Origin: Squalus acanthias
Lineage: Eukaryota
DNA length: 40,663 bases
Reading direction: 5' to 3'
NCBI GenBank assembly: GCA_030390025.1
Contig: JASTWF010000363.1
Span: forward strand, 434,001 to 474,663
The notes below the pieces were generated by a model that was not told the DNA's origin, searched no databases, and saw only the letters and a program-made list of their open reading frames with translations. Position numbers and translations under genes: made by a program. The number at the start of each line of letters is the position of its first letter. Position 1 is the first letter of the stretch. Of this stretch, positions 23,844-35,568 are shown piece after piece.

Positions 23844-25929
23844 GATAGGGCTGCCGATTGCTATCCTAATTTCGTTGTAGATGATGTATCCATCCAGTTC
23901 CCCACTCCCCCAATAATTTCCCATACAAATCTGTGTGCTCACGTGAGTGAGAGTATAGCAACAAATAAACGTTTAAATGATTAAACTACATGCATTAAGA
24001 ATTGAAGAGGATAAAAACACAGATCTTGGAAAATTAGGTTTCATATAAAGTTTTGTCACTCGCATTACATAAGGCTAAATTCTCTGCTCGTTCATTCTCA
24101 AGGGGCAGAAATGAGTCCCAGTGTAACGGTACGAATAAAGAGAGAAAATGACATGTTGTGTAATACTTTACCACCTCTAATTGCTCCACCACAACCACCA
24201 TTCGTGATAGATCTGTGACCACGAGCACTTCACCCAAGTGTTATACAGATCAAAATTCTCTCCAGGCAACACACATTTAGAAGGACAAAACTTGCAATTG
24301 GACTACAGCGTGTTTTACACAATTCAAATAGACTGTTAAAATTTCACACAACAACCACTACACTTTACTGAAATCTGAGTGACAACACTGATCAAATATT
24401 TAGAAATTACTTAATTTCTCTAATTGGGCCACGTTTTCTTGCTGTCCTTGCTTGGCTTTATTTTTCTCTCCTCCCTTCACTTAAGCAACACTGCTCTTTC
24501 TGAATTGGTCGTTTTCATATGCCCGTGAAATTTTCCATTGGAAGTTTATCTCCCCACTTTCCCAGTGTTCAATTGCAGGTATAATCTAATAATTTGCATC
24601 AATTTTAAGACCAAAGTGTGACTGACAAACCATGGGCAACATGCAAGATTTTAAAAATACTAGCGTATCTCCCGTGGTGTTGCCCATGGTAAATCAAAGG
24701 ATGCACTGTTTTATAAGGACAGGAACGTTATGCCATGTAAAACACAGCGTGTTATTCTTCTACTAAAGTGTAGGTGTATCCCATCAAGGCTATAAAGACC
24801 AATTGATGTTAAAAAAAAACCTCTGGCTTGAGTTCACTCCAATGTTAATTGCTATTCAGGCTGGTGATCAGGACTGTGGCTTTCTTTGTGGCAGCGGGAA
24901 TTCTGGCACTGGTATATTGTGTTAATGTAGAGTCTGTATAGATTCCAAATTCTTTGTACTTTTTCTCAAATGTGACAAACATTATTTGCAGTGTGTGACA
25001 TCTGAAGTGTGAAGTTTTATTCTGGGAGAGAGAAAAATAAAAAGGAAAGAGAGAAAATTAATATTAATGAAAACACAGAAGTCAGTTACAGGTTGGAATC
25101 TAATCGAGGGTTCAAATGGTTTATATATAAAATAATGGATACCTGGGAATGAGCTATAGGTTACAGTCAAATTGCGGAAACCCAAGATGAGAAAATCACT
25201 CCCACGCATCCATTATTTTTGTAATATTGACCTGAATTTCAGGCTGTTTTTTTAGGTAGATGTAGAAAATGAAGTGAGGCTAGTGTTAAACTGTAAACTG
25301 GGATTTGAAAGAACTGCTGATCCTGATGAAAAAAAGAGAACACTTGGGCTGAATGGCCTGTTTCTGTGCTGTAAATACTTTGTAACTTTTGACCAGTCCT
25401 GTTAACACGTGAAGATCTACTGGGCAAAGCCTGCACAGAAACCTTTTTCACAGTAGATAATTGCCTCCAAATGTCACTAAAAGACAATATAATTAAGCAG
25501 GTAGAACGTGTCAGCAGAACTCCCAAACCCAGAACCAACATTTGTTTAACAATTAACCTATCACAGGGAAGTGCTTTGACACACAAGTCTGAAGCAGTCT
25601 AAAAACAAGACTTACAAAGATGTAGAAGAAATAATTGAGTCAGACTGTTTGAGGAACGAAGCCTCTGATCTTGAGATACATACAGAAAAAACTCTCCTTA
25701 AACAGTCTAGCTGTGTAGTAGTGTTATTGTTGTTGGCTTGCTTAGTAGTGCTGCTTTTAGTTTGTGTAGGAAGTTGGGGTTTCTGTTTGTAATTTTGTGA
25801 AGTCCTAATTGAATAGTAGAATGTGAGCAATCATCTGGAGAAGACAAAAGCTAAGGAGAATGCGACAATATGGAAGAACTGTCAAAAAGTAGAAAATGAC
25901 AGAATATTGAAGAGAACTAGCAGAGAACC

Positions 25930-26660
25930 AACTACAACTTGCATTTACATACAGGTTGAGCGTCCTGAATCTGACAACCTCAGGACTGAGGCCGAGCCAG
26001 TTTTCGTGTTTTTCCGGACTTCGGAACGTGTTTCTGATGTCCGAAGTCCGGAAATATCGCAACCTGGGAGTGGGCATTTCTGGACTTCGGACATCAGAAA
26101 CACGTTCCGAGTCCGGAAATGCCTGGGCCGCTCCGCGTAGCGCTGACGCGTTTCTCCGCCCCTTCCCTTCTGTTAAAGGGGAGGGACGCTGCGTGCTCTG
26201 CAGAGCATCCGATGGCCCACACTAGTGGAGCTGTGCAGATTAAGGAGGATAAAACACAACACTAAAGTTTTATTGCATCACTCGCATTTTTCATAGGATT
26301 TTTCAAAAAAAGACAACAAAAGTTAATGGCTTTTTGAAGTACAGGTTGAGCGTCCAAAATCCGGAGTTCTGGATTCCGGAACATTTTACGGATTCCGGAC
26401 GACCCTGCCACCAATCGTCCCGGATTCCGGAACTCCGAATTTTGGACACTCAACCTGTAGCACCTTTAATGTAGTAAAACGTCCCAAGGCGCATCACAGG
26501 ATCGTTATCAAACAAAATGTGACACTGAGCCACGTAAGTAGATATTAGGACCGATGACCAAAACCTTGGTCAAAGAGGTAGGTTTTAAGGAACGTCTTAA
26601 AGGAGGAAAGCGATGTAGAAAGGCAGAGAAGTTTAGGGAGGGAATTCCAGAGCTTAGGCA
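25930..26660 (-). mobile_element. L2-clade LINE 3' end, split at a TA by a Tigger-like MITE
   Basis: ACAACTTGCATTTACATA | TAGCACCTTTAATGTAGTAAAACGTCCCAAGG reads continuously once the MITE is removed; similar to 6478-6700. Confidence 0.72.
25952..26457. mobile_element. Tc1/mariner Tigger-like MITE with an internal second left TIR
   Basis: TA|CAGGTTGAGCGTCC at 25952 and 26342; GGACACTCAACCTG|TA ending at 26457. Confidence 0.85.
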
Positions 26661-27097
26661 ATCCAACAAGAGCTCAAGTCCTCCAAATATAAGAAATAAT
26701 ATACCAAAAGAAAGCTGCTGATAAACTAGGAGAGATGATTAACAAACGCACAGTTAATGTGGAATTAGCACTGTAGAGGACTGAATACTTTGAGACTAAG
26801 CTACCACAGCATTAAGTGGATATGATCTTATTTGGAATCAAAATAATTTCTGCAACATTGTACATCAATTATGAATCTAATACTAAGTTAAGTTGAACTG
26901 AACCCAGCTAGTGTTATGGTGTAGTTTCAACATTTTTTTTAAAATTAAAAGTGACCTACATATACAAAATATAGCCTGTACAATGGAAATATGTAATAAA
27001 TATATTGATGGTGATACTAGCCTACTTGCAGCAGCTAAATAAAATAAAATTATTTTTAATACATCAGTGTCTGAAGTCTTTGACAACTCAGTGGTAG

Positions 27098-28755
27098 TCT
27101 TCTTCTTAGGCAGTCCCTTGGAACCGAGGATGACTCGCTTCCACAATAAAAATGAGTTCTCAGGTGACTGATGAGTCCAAATGCGGAACCTACAGTCTCT
27201 GTCACAGGTGGGGCAGACGGTGGTTGAAGGGGCGGGTGGGTGGGGTGCTTGGGTTGACGCGCGCTGCTTGCGTTTGGCTTCCGCTTGCTCCCGGCAAAGA
27301 GACTTGAGGTGTTCGGCGCCTTCCCGGATGCTTCTCCTCCACTTTGTGCGGTCTTGGGCCAGGGATTCCCAGGTGTCGGTGGGGATGTTACACTTTTTCA
27401 ATGAGGCTTTGAGGGTGTCCTTGAAGCGTTTCCTCTGCCCACCTGGGGCTCTCTTGCCATGCCGGAGCTCAGAGTAGAACGCTTGTTTTGGGAGTCTCGT
27501 ATCGGGCATGCAGACAATGTGACCCGTCCATCAGAGCTGATCGAGCGTGGTCAAAGCTTCGATGCTGGGGATGTTGGCCTGAGCAAGAACACTGACATTG
27601 GTGCGCCTATCCTGCCAATGGATTTGCAGGTTCTTGCGGAGGCAGCATTGGTAGTACCTCTCCAGTGCTTTGAGGTGCCTGCTGTAGATGGTCCATGTCT
27701 CTGAGGCATACAGCAGGGCGGGTATCACTGCTGCTCTGTAGACCATGAGCTTAGTGCCGGGTTTGAGGTCCTGGTCTTCAAACACTCTCTTCCTCAGGCA
27801 ACCGAAGGCTGCACTGGCACACTGAAGGCGGTGTTGGACTTTGTCATCGACGTCTGCCCTTGTTGACAGTAGGCTCCCGAGGTATGGAAAGTGGTCCACG
27901 TTGTCCAAGGCCTTGTCGTGGATTTTGATAATCGGGAGGCAGTACTGTGTGGCGGGGGCAGGTTGGTAAAGGACCTTTGTCTTACGGATGTTTAGTGTAA
28001 GGTCCATGCTCTCGTACGCGTCGGTGAAGGTGTTGACGATGGTTTGGAGTTCGACCTCTGAGTGAGCGCAGACGCAAGCGTCGTCTGCATACTGTAATTC
28101 GACGACAGAGGATGGAACGACCTTGGATTTGGACTGGAGACGACGGAGGTTGAACAGTTTCCCGTTTGTTCTGTAAATTAGCTCCACTCCAGTGGGGAGC
28201 TTACTGAGGGTGAGATGGAGCATTGCAGCAAGGAAGATCGAGAAGAGCATTGGTGCGATGACACAGCCTTGCTTGACCCCGGTTCGTACGTGAATTGGGT
28301 CTGTGGTGGAACCGCTGGTCAGGATCACGGCTTGCCTGTTGTCGTGAAGCAGGCGGAGGATGGTGACAAACTTTTGAGGGCAGCTGAATTTGAGGAGGAC
28401 ACTCCATAATCCTTCACGGTTGACAGTGTCGAAGGCCTTTGTGAGATCAAAGGCGAGCATGTACTGTTGGTGTTGTTCCCTGCATTTCTCTTGTAATTGA
28501 CGTGCGGTGAAGATCATGTCCATTGTGCCCATTAGTGGGCGGAATCCGCATTGCGACTCTGGGAGGAGCTCTTCGGCCACTGGGAGAAAGCGATTGAGGA
28601 GGATTCTTGCGATGACTTTCCCTGTGGCAGACAGCAGGGAAACTCCTCTGTAATTACTGCAATCGGACTTGTCACCTTTCTTGAAGATGGTCACAATTAC
28701 GGCATCTCTGAGATCCCCTGGCATGCTCTCCTCCTAACAGATAAGAGAAATGAGT
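27098..28755 (-). mobile_element. RTE-clade (BovB-like) LINE, 5'-truncated; RT frame 27531-28724 plus C-terminal frame
   Basis: NYRGVSLL, LPESQCGFR, FDLTKAFDTV, GVKQGC, LQYADD, RLPK..FYSEL..GKR..GGQRKRFKD motifs; (GAA)n tail. Confidence 0.92.
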
Positions 28756-29254
28756 ACCACTTAGCTAACTGCTAAGTGGTACTGCAAGGAATAATATACT
28801 ATATTTCTGATAGTAGCTAAATAAAGTTTGATCTTTTACTCTGTTGGGATTATGTTGGTTGACTCAGTAAGCTAAATACAGACTTCCATTAAAAAGTCTT
28901 GGCAAATGTAAATTCTGATATATCTTTGCCAAAAAGAGAGAGAGGGAGGGCAAAGAGGTCTCAGTACCATAGGGAAATTGGGGAACTGGTTTAAACCTGA
29001 CTCAATAGAGGGATAATGCAACAGTAAATAACAGTTTCCTTGATTTGCATTTCTAGCATCTCTCAAATTCCCTTCATAATTCACAGCCATTAAGTTCACT
29101 GCATCACAATGAGCGAGGTAGTGAATGGGGTTTTACAGAACCAGGTTAGTCCTCTAAGGAAACACAAGCAGTACACCTCAGGGGCAATGGGCTGTGTGTG
29201 ATCTGGAAGTGGGTGTACTTTGCATAACTATTTGTGAAAGACTGGGTTTACTAA

Positions 29255-29887
29255 TTAGGAGGTCGCACAACACCAGGTTATAGTCCAACAGTTTTATTTG
29301 AAATCACAAGCTTTCGGAGCTATCGATTTGCTCCTTCCTCAGGTGAAGTAAATTAGATACAGAATCTCCAAAGCATATATAGATGGAAAACAAAGCATGT
29401 GTACTTTACAATTGCAGACCAATAAATTAAATCATCCTGACTATCTGCCGAGGTGTGATAAAGTTAATTAAGTCAGCCAGGAAGGTACCACATCAAAGAC
29501 ATAGCAAGATACAACTGAGACAATGAGGTGTAGTCGCAGGGGTTCTAACGTGTCAAAAGCTGCCGTCTGTATGTAAAACGAAAAGCTTTAACATTTTTTT
29601 ACTTTTTTACTGGGAAAATTTTTACTTTTTTACTGGGAATCACATCTGTGAACAAGCTAACGACGACTCGAGTCCGGATCACGTCATGTATCGTGACATA
29701 AACCCAAGATCCCGATTGAGACCGTCTTCATGAGTGCGAAACTTGGCTATCAGTTTCTGCTCGATGATTTTGCGTTGTCGTGTGTTTCTAAGGTTGCCTT
29801 GGAGAACGCTTACCCGCAGATCCGAGGCTGAATGTCCTTGACTGCTGAAGTGTTCCCCGACTGGGAGGTAACAATCCTGCCTGGCTA
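29255..29887 (-). mobile_element. Penelope-like element 3' end (GIY-YIG C-terminus plus pseudo-LTR)
   Basis: LPVGEHFS...H...DLRVSVL...R...EQKLIAKFRTHEDGLNRD (29679-29870), followed by a hammerhead motif and AATAAA. Confidence 0.88.
29304..29346 (-). ncRNA. Minimal type I hammerhead ribozyme motif
   Basis: UCAC-CUGAGGA-A-GGAGC(aaaucgaua)GCUCC-GAAA-GC-UU-GUGA: conserved core, stems I and II, and a palindromic stem III typical of Penelope elements. Confidence 0.8.
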
Positions 29888-32629
29888 CTATGCCCCCTAG
29901 TTCTAGTTTCACCCATCATCGGGAACATCCTCCCCGCATCCACCCGATCCAACCCCTTCACAATCTTATATGTTTCAATGAGATCGCCTCTTATTCATCT
30001 GAACTCCAATGAGTAGAGTCCCAATCTACCCAACCTCTCCTCATATGTCCATCCCCTCATCCCTGGGATTAACCGAGTGAACCTTCTTTGTACTGACTCG
30101 AGAGCAAGTATGTCTTTTCTTAAGTATGGACACCAAAACTGTATGCAGTATTCCAGGTGCGGTCTCACCAATACCTTGTACAACTGAAGCAATTCCTCCC
30201 TATTTTTATATTCTATCCCCCTAACAATGAAAGCCAACATTCCATTGGCCTTCTTAATCACTTGCTGCACCTGCATACTAACCTTTTGAGTTTCGTGCAC
30301 CAGGACCCCCAGATCCCTTTGTACTTCAGTACTTTCCAGTTTCTTGCCATTAAGATAATAACTTGCTCTACTATTTTTCCTGCCAAAGTGCATAACCTCA
30401 CACTTTCCAGTATTGTATTCCATCTGCCAAATCTCTGCCCACTTACTTAGCCTGTCTATGTCCCCTTGCAGATTTTTTATGTCCTCCTCACTCACTACTT
30501 TCCCTCCCATCTTAGTATCATCTGCAAACTTTGATATAGTACACTCGGTCCCCTCCTCCAAATCGTTAATATAGATTGTAAAGAGTTGGGGACCCAGCAC
30601 TGACCCCTGCGGAACACCACTAGTTACTGATTGCCAGCCTGAGAATGAACCATTTATCCCAACTCTCTGCCTTCTGTTAGATAGCCAATCCTCTATCCAT
30701 GCCAGAATATTACCCCCAATCCCGTGATTTTTTTATCTTAAGCAATAATCTTTTGTGTGGCACCTTGTCAAATGCCTTTTGGAAGTCTAAATACACCACA
30801 TCCACTGGTTCCCCTTTATCTACCCTGTATGTTACTTCCTCAAAGAACTCCAGCAAATTTGTCAAACATGACTTCCCCTTCATAAAACCATGCTGACTTT
30901 GTCCTATTAAATTATGATTATCCAAATGTCCCGTTATTGTCTCCTTAATAATGGACTCCAAAATTTTACCTACCACAGATGTTAGGCTAACCGGTCTATA
31001 GTTTCCAGCCTTCTGTCTACTGCCCTTTTTAAATAAGGGTGTTACATTAGCAGTTTTCCAGTCTACCGGGATCTTTGCTGAGTCCAGGGAGTTTTGGAAA
31101 ATTACCACCAATGCATCCACAATCCCTACCGCCACTTCCCTCAAGACCCTAGGATGTAAGCCATCAGGTCCAGGTGATTTATCCACCTTGAGTCCCATTA
31201 TTTTACCGAGTACCACTTCCTTAGTGATTTTGATCGTGTTTAGCTCCTCCCCCCCTATAGCCCCCTGTTTGTCCAGTGTTGGGATATTCTTAGTGTCCTC
31301 TACTGTAAAGACTGATACAAAATATTCATTGTGTATTTGCCATCTCCATATTTCCCACCATTAATTTCCCAGTCTCATCCTCTAAGGGACCAACATTTAC
31401 TTCAGCCACCCTTTTTCTTTTTATATAACTATAAAAACTCTTACTATCTGTTTTTATATTTTTTGCTAATTTACTTTCATAATCTATCTTCCCTTTCTTA
31501 ATCAATCTTTTTGTTATTTTTTGCTGTCTTTTAAAGTTTTCCCAATCCTCTATCCTCCCACTAGATTTGGCTACCTTATAAGCCCTTGTTTTTAGTCGAA
31601 TACTATCCTTAATTTCTTTACTTAGCCACGGATGACTGTCTTTTCTTATACACCCTTTTCTTCTCAGTGGAATATATATTTTTTGGAAGTTGTAAAATAA
31701 CTCGTTAAATGTACACCACTGATCATGTATCGTCTTACCCTTTAATCTATTTTCCCAATCCACTCTACTCAATTCCGCTCGCATACCTTCATAGTCTCCT
31801 TTATTCAAGCTTAGCACGCTTGTTTGAGATCCAACCTTCTCACCCTCTAATTGATATGGAATTCAACCATGTTATGGTCACTCATTCCAAGGGGATCCTT
31901 TACTAGGACATTTTTAATTAATCCTGTCTCGTTACACAGGACCAGATCTAAGGTTGCTTGCCCCCTGGTCGGTTCAGTTACATACTGCTCAAGAAACCCA
32001 TCCCTAATACACTCAATGAACTCATCCTCACGGCAGCCCTGCCCAATTTGATTTGTCCAATTAATATGATAGTTAAAATCCCCCATAATTATAGATCTTC
32101 CCTTATTACAAGCCTCAACTATTTCCTGATTGATACTCCATCCAACAGAGTTGCAACTGTTCGGAGGCCTATAGACTACGCCCACTAGTGTTTTTTTCCC
32201 CTTATTATTCCTTATCTCCACCCAAACTGTTTCATTATCCTGATCTTTTGACCCAATATCATTTCTCTGTATTACAGTGATTCCTTCCTTTATTAACATA
32301 GCCACCCTTCCTTCCTGCCTGTCCTTCCTGATCGTTAAATAACCTGGTATGTTTAATTCCCAGGCATTGTCACCCTGCAGCCATGTTTCTGTAATGGCCA
32401 CAAGATCATACCCATATGTAGTTATTTGTGCCATTAACTCGTCTATTTTGTTACGAATGCTACGTGCATTCAGATAGAGAACTTTCAAATATGTTTTGTG
32501 ACACTTAGTTCCTGCTTTTGCCCTTTTTATTACTTTACTTTTTACTCCATACCTTCTGCCCCTTCCTGACACACTCTGGTTTTTAATTTCCCCACTGCTA
32601 CCTAAGTCTATGACCTTCTCTGTTGTCAT
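29888..32629 (-). pseudogene. CR1 ORF2 (APE endonuclease plus RT), broken by frameshifts and stops
   Basis: YLNARSI, AITETWL, MGDFN, SDH, KSPGPDG, NYRPVSL, DFQKAFDKV and FADD motifs spread over four ORF pieces. Confidence 0.92.
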
Positions 32630-32664
32630 TTTTATTATTTGCTCCCTAGGAACCTCCCCCCCAC

Positions 32665-33615
32665 TAGTTAGCTTAAAGCCCTCTCTACAGCCCTAGTTAT
32701 ATGATCCGCCAGGACTCTAGTCCCAGCACTGGCCAAGTGAAGCCCGTCTCAACGGAACAGCTCCCTCCTGCCCCAGTACTGGTGCCAGTGTCCCAGGAAG
32801 CAAAACCCATTTCTCCCACACCAGTCTTTGAGCCACTCATTTAACTCTCTAATTTTATTTGTCTTAGCCAAATTCGCTCGTGGCTCAGGTAATAATCCAG
32901 AGATTATTACCCTGGAGGTTCTGTTTTTTAAATTTGACCCCCAGCTGCTCATACTCCTTTAACAGAACCGGCTTCCTTGTCCTATCTACGTCATTTGTAC
33001 CAACATGGACCACGACAACTGGATCCACCCCCTCCCACTGCAAGTTTCTTTCCAGCCCAGAGGAGATGTCCTTAACCCTGGCAGGCAACACAGCCTTCCG
33101 GACTCTCACTCTCGGCTGCAGAGAACTCTATCTATCCCCCTAATAATACTATCCCCTACCACTACAACATTTCTATTTATTCCCCCCTCTTGAATGGCCC
33201 CCCGTTCCACGGTGCTGTGGCCAGGTTGCTCATCCTCCCTGCAGTCCCTGCTCCCGTCCCCACAGGGAGTAAGAACCTCGAACCTGTTGGACAAGAGCAA
33301 GGGCTGCGGCTCCTCCAACACTACCTCCTGCATCCCCGTACCTGCCTCACTCGTAGTCACACCGTCCTGTCCCTGACCATGGGCTACATCTGAATTAATT
33401 AACTTCATAGGTGTGACCACCTCCTGAAACACAGAGTCCAGGTACTTCTCCCCCTCCCTGATGTGTCGCAGTGTCTGAAGCGGAGACTCCAGCTCATCAA
33501 CACGGAGCTGGAGTTCCTGTAGCAGCAGACACTTGTCACAGATGTAATCACCGTGAGCCTCAATGGGGTCCACCGGCTCCCACATCTCGCAACAGTAACA
33601 CATCACCTGCTCCAT
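32665..33615 (-). pseudogene. CR1 ORF1 (zinc finger, leucine zipper, SGNH esterase), frameshifted
   Basis: CxxC...CxxC, heptad LQELQLRVDELE, VVVGDS, VHVGTND, and GLHL near the end. Confidence 0.88.
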
Positions 33616-33879
33616 TCTATGTAATTAATTAAATTTTTTACTGTTAGTTATGGACACTCTCTGCCCGATTATAGATGCTAGTATCCCCTCTAATTAATTG
33701 GATTTAAATTAAATCAATCCCTCTAAATTACACCAGTTAAATGGTTTACCAACAGTCACTCTGCACCAGAAAGGCCTTATTAACTACAACCCACAGAGTT
33801 AAAGTTTGAAAAGAGCACCCTACACCCCACTCACCCGAACTCACACTTACCCAAACTCACAGCACTCTCTGCTGACTTG

Positions 33880-33965
33880 CACTCAGTTGCTGGCTTGCAC
33901 TAGCACTGGTCTTTTTATACTGTTTGTTTGTTTACAGCCAAATGAGTCACCCCTGCTGATTGGTT
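33880..33965 (-). promoter_or_regulatory. Pol II promoter motifs in the CR1 5' region
   Basis: CCAAT (33963-33959), AP-1 TGACTCA (33949-33943) and TATAAAA (33919-33913), in canonical order. Confidence 0.55.
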
Positions 33966-34379
33966 AGAAAACTGGTATCCACTGCCTGCTGTGCCAATTT
34001 ACTCCTACTGCAGTGTAACCTTGTTTTACTCTTCTTAAACCAACAGAATCCCAAATATTTAACTTTTCCCCTTCACTTAAACTGCTTAAGAACTTATCAA
34101 GAATGATTTAAAGAGAACTAACAATTAAAGAACTCTCACACTTACCCAAACTCTCAGCACTCTCTGCTGACTTGACCAAAATGGAAGCATATTTACAATG
34201 CTTCTATATTTATTGATCAGTGTCTAGTTTTGGACAGTACACAGGAAAGTGTTGAAAGCTACTCAGGAACATATCAGTAAAAGACCATTGGCGAGCAGGA
34301 AAGTCGTGTGGAGTACACATATGATGTTGGGAAGGACACGAGAAGAGGGGCTTTAAAAAAAAATAAGCAAAAACAGCAT

Positions 34380-35568
34380 GCCCCAGATTTTGCGGTTGGC
34401 GGCGAAGGAATGGCGCTCGTCGTTCATTGCCCTTACAGCTGCCCAGAGCTTTTGCCGGCTTTTGAGTGGCAACTTGCTGTCATTGGGCATCTGATCCAGC
34501 GCGGCGCCCTCTACAGGGGACCTGTGGTGTGTGAGCAGGAAGAAGCAACAGCTTGGCTCTTCAACCAATCAGATTGAAGAATCCTCACTGAGACGCGCAG
34601 AGTCTAAACCAGTAAGTATAAGTTAGAATATTTAATTCAATGTAAAATCATGCACAGAAAGCAAAATAAAGTGTAAGGGGAAGAAAGGTGGTATTAAGAG
34701 AGAGAAAAAAGAGACAGAAAAAGTAAAAAAAAGTTATTTAATTTTTATAAAATCTCCAACAATAATTAAATTCTGAAGGAATGAGACTCCACACTTATAA
34801 AATTAAATTTTCAGTGCCAGAGAGCTTGTTTGACAGTAATTAAGACTTATCAAACCATTAAAAATTCACTTACATCTGAATCCACCAGTCCTAACTTTAT
34901 CTGGCATGTTCAGTGGGTAACTAGTGGGTAAGTACAGCAGGACAAAGCAGCCCGCTTGATTGGCACCCCATCCACCACCTTAAACATTCACTCCCTCCAC
35001 CACCGGCATACTGTGGCTGCAGTGTGTACCATCTACAAGATGCACTGCAGCAACTCGCCAAGGCTTCTTTGGCAGCACCTCTCAAACCCGCGACCTCTTC
35101 CACCTAGAAGGACAAGGGCAGCAGGCACCTGGCAACACCACCACCTCCAAGTGCCCCTCCAAGTCACACACCATCTTGACTTAGAAGTATATCGCCAATC
35201 CTTCAACGTCGCTGGGTCAAAATCCTGGAACTCCCTACCTAACAGCACTGTGGGAGTACCTTCACTGCATGGACTGCAGCGGTTCAAGAAGGCGGCTCAC
35301 CACCACCAAGGGCAATAAATGCTGGCCTTGCCAGCGACGCCCACATCCCATAAACTAATAAAAAAAAACATTGTGCCCTTACATGGATTTCAATGCCGAG
35401 TCTATTGGCCAGGTATCGGTGTGGAGGAGCAGGGCAAATCGGACAGCAACTTCTGGATTTCCGTGTTAACTGCTCATGTGCAGGCTCGGGAAGTTACTGT
35501 CCGATTAACTCCACAACAACGGTGAGAGCTGTGAGCCTCACCGTTATTCTTAATGCGAAATCCGGGCC
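34380..35568. mobile_element. Harbinger-type MITE carrying a nested LINE fragment
   Basis: Ends GCCCCAGATTTTGCG and TGCGAAATCCGGGCC. Confidence 0.6.
34940..35365 (+). mobile_element. Non-LTR retrotransposon 3' end (CR1/L2 group)
   Basis: KAARLIG...IHSLHHR.TVAAVCTIYKM...SWNSLP LINE C-terminus with tail; paralogous to 11300-11600. Confidence 0.75.

Larger units (their letters stand above)
29888..34174 (-). mobile_element. Near-full-length CR1 LINE (5' UTR, ORF1, ORF2), 3' end missing
   Basis: ORF1 and ORF2 remnants in order; same subfamily as 4239-5456. Confidence 0.93.
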
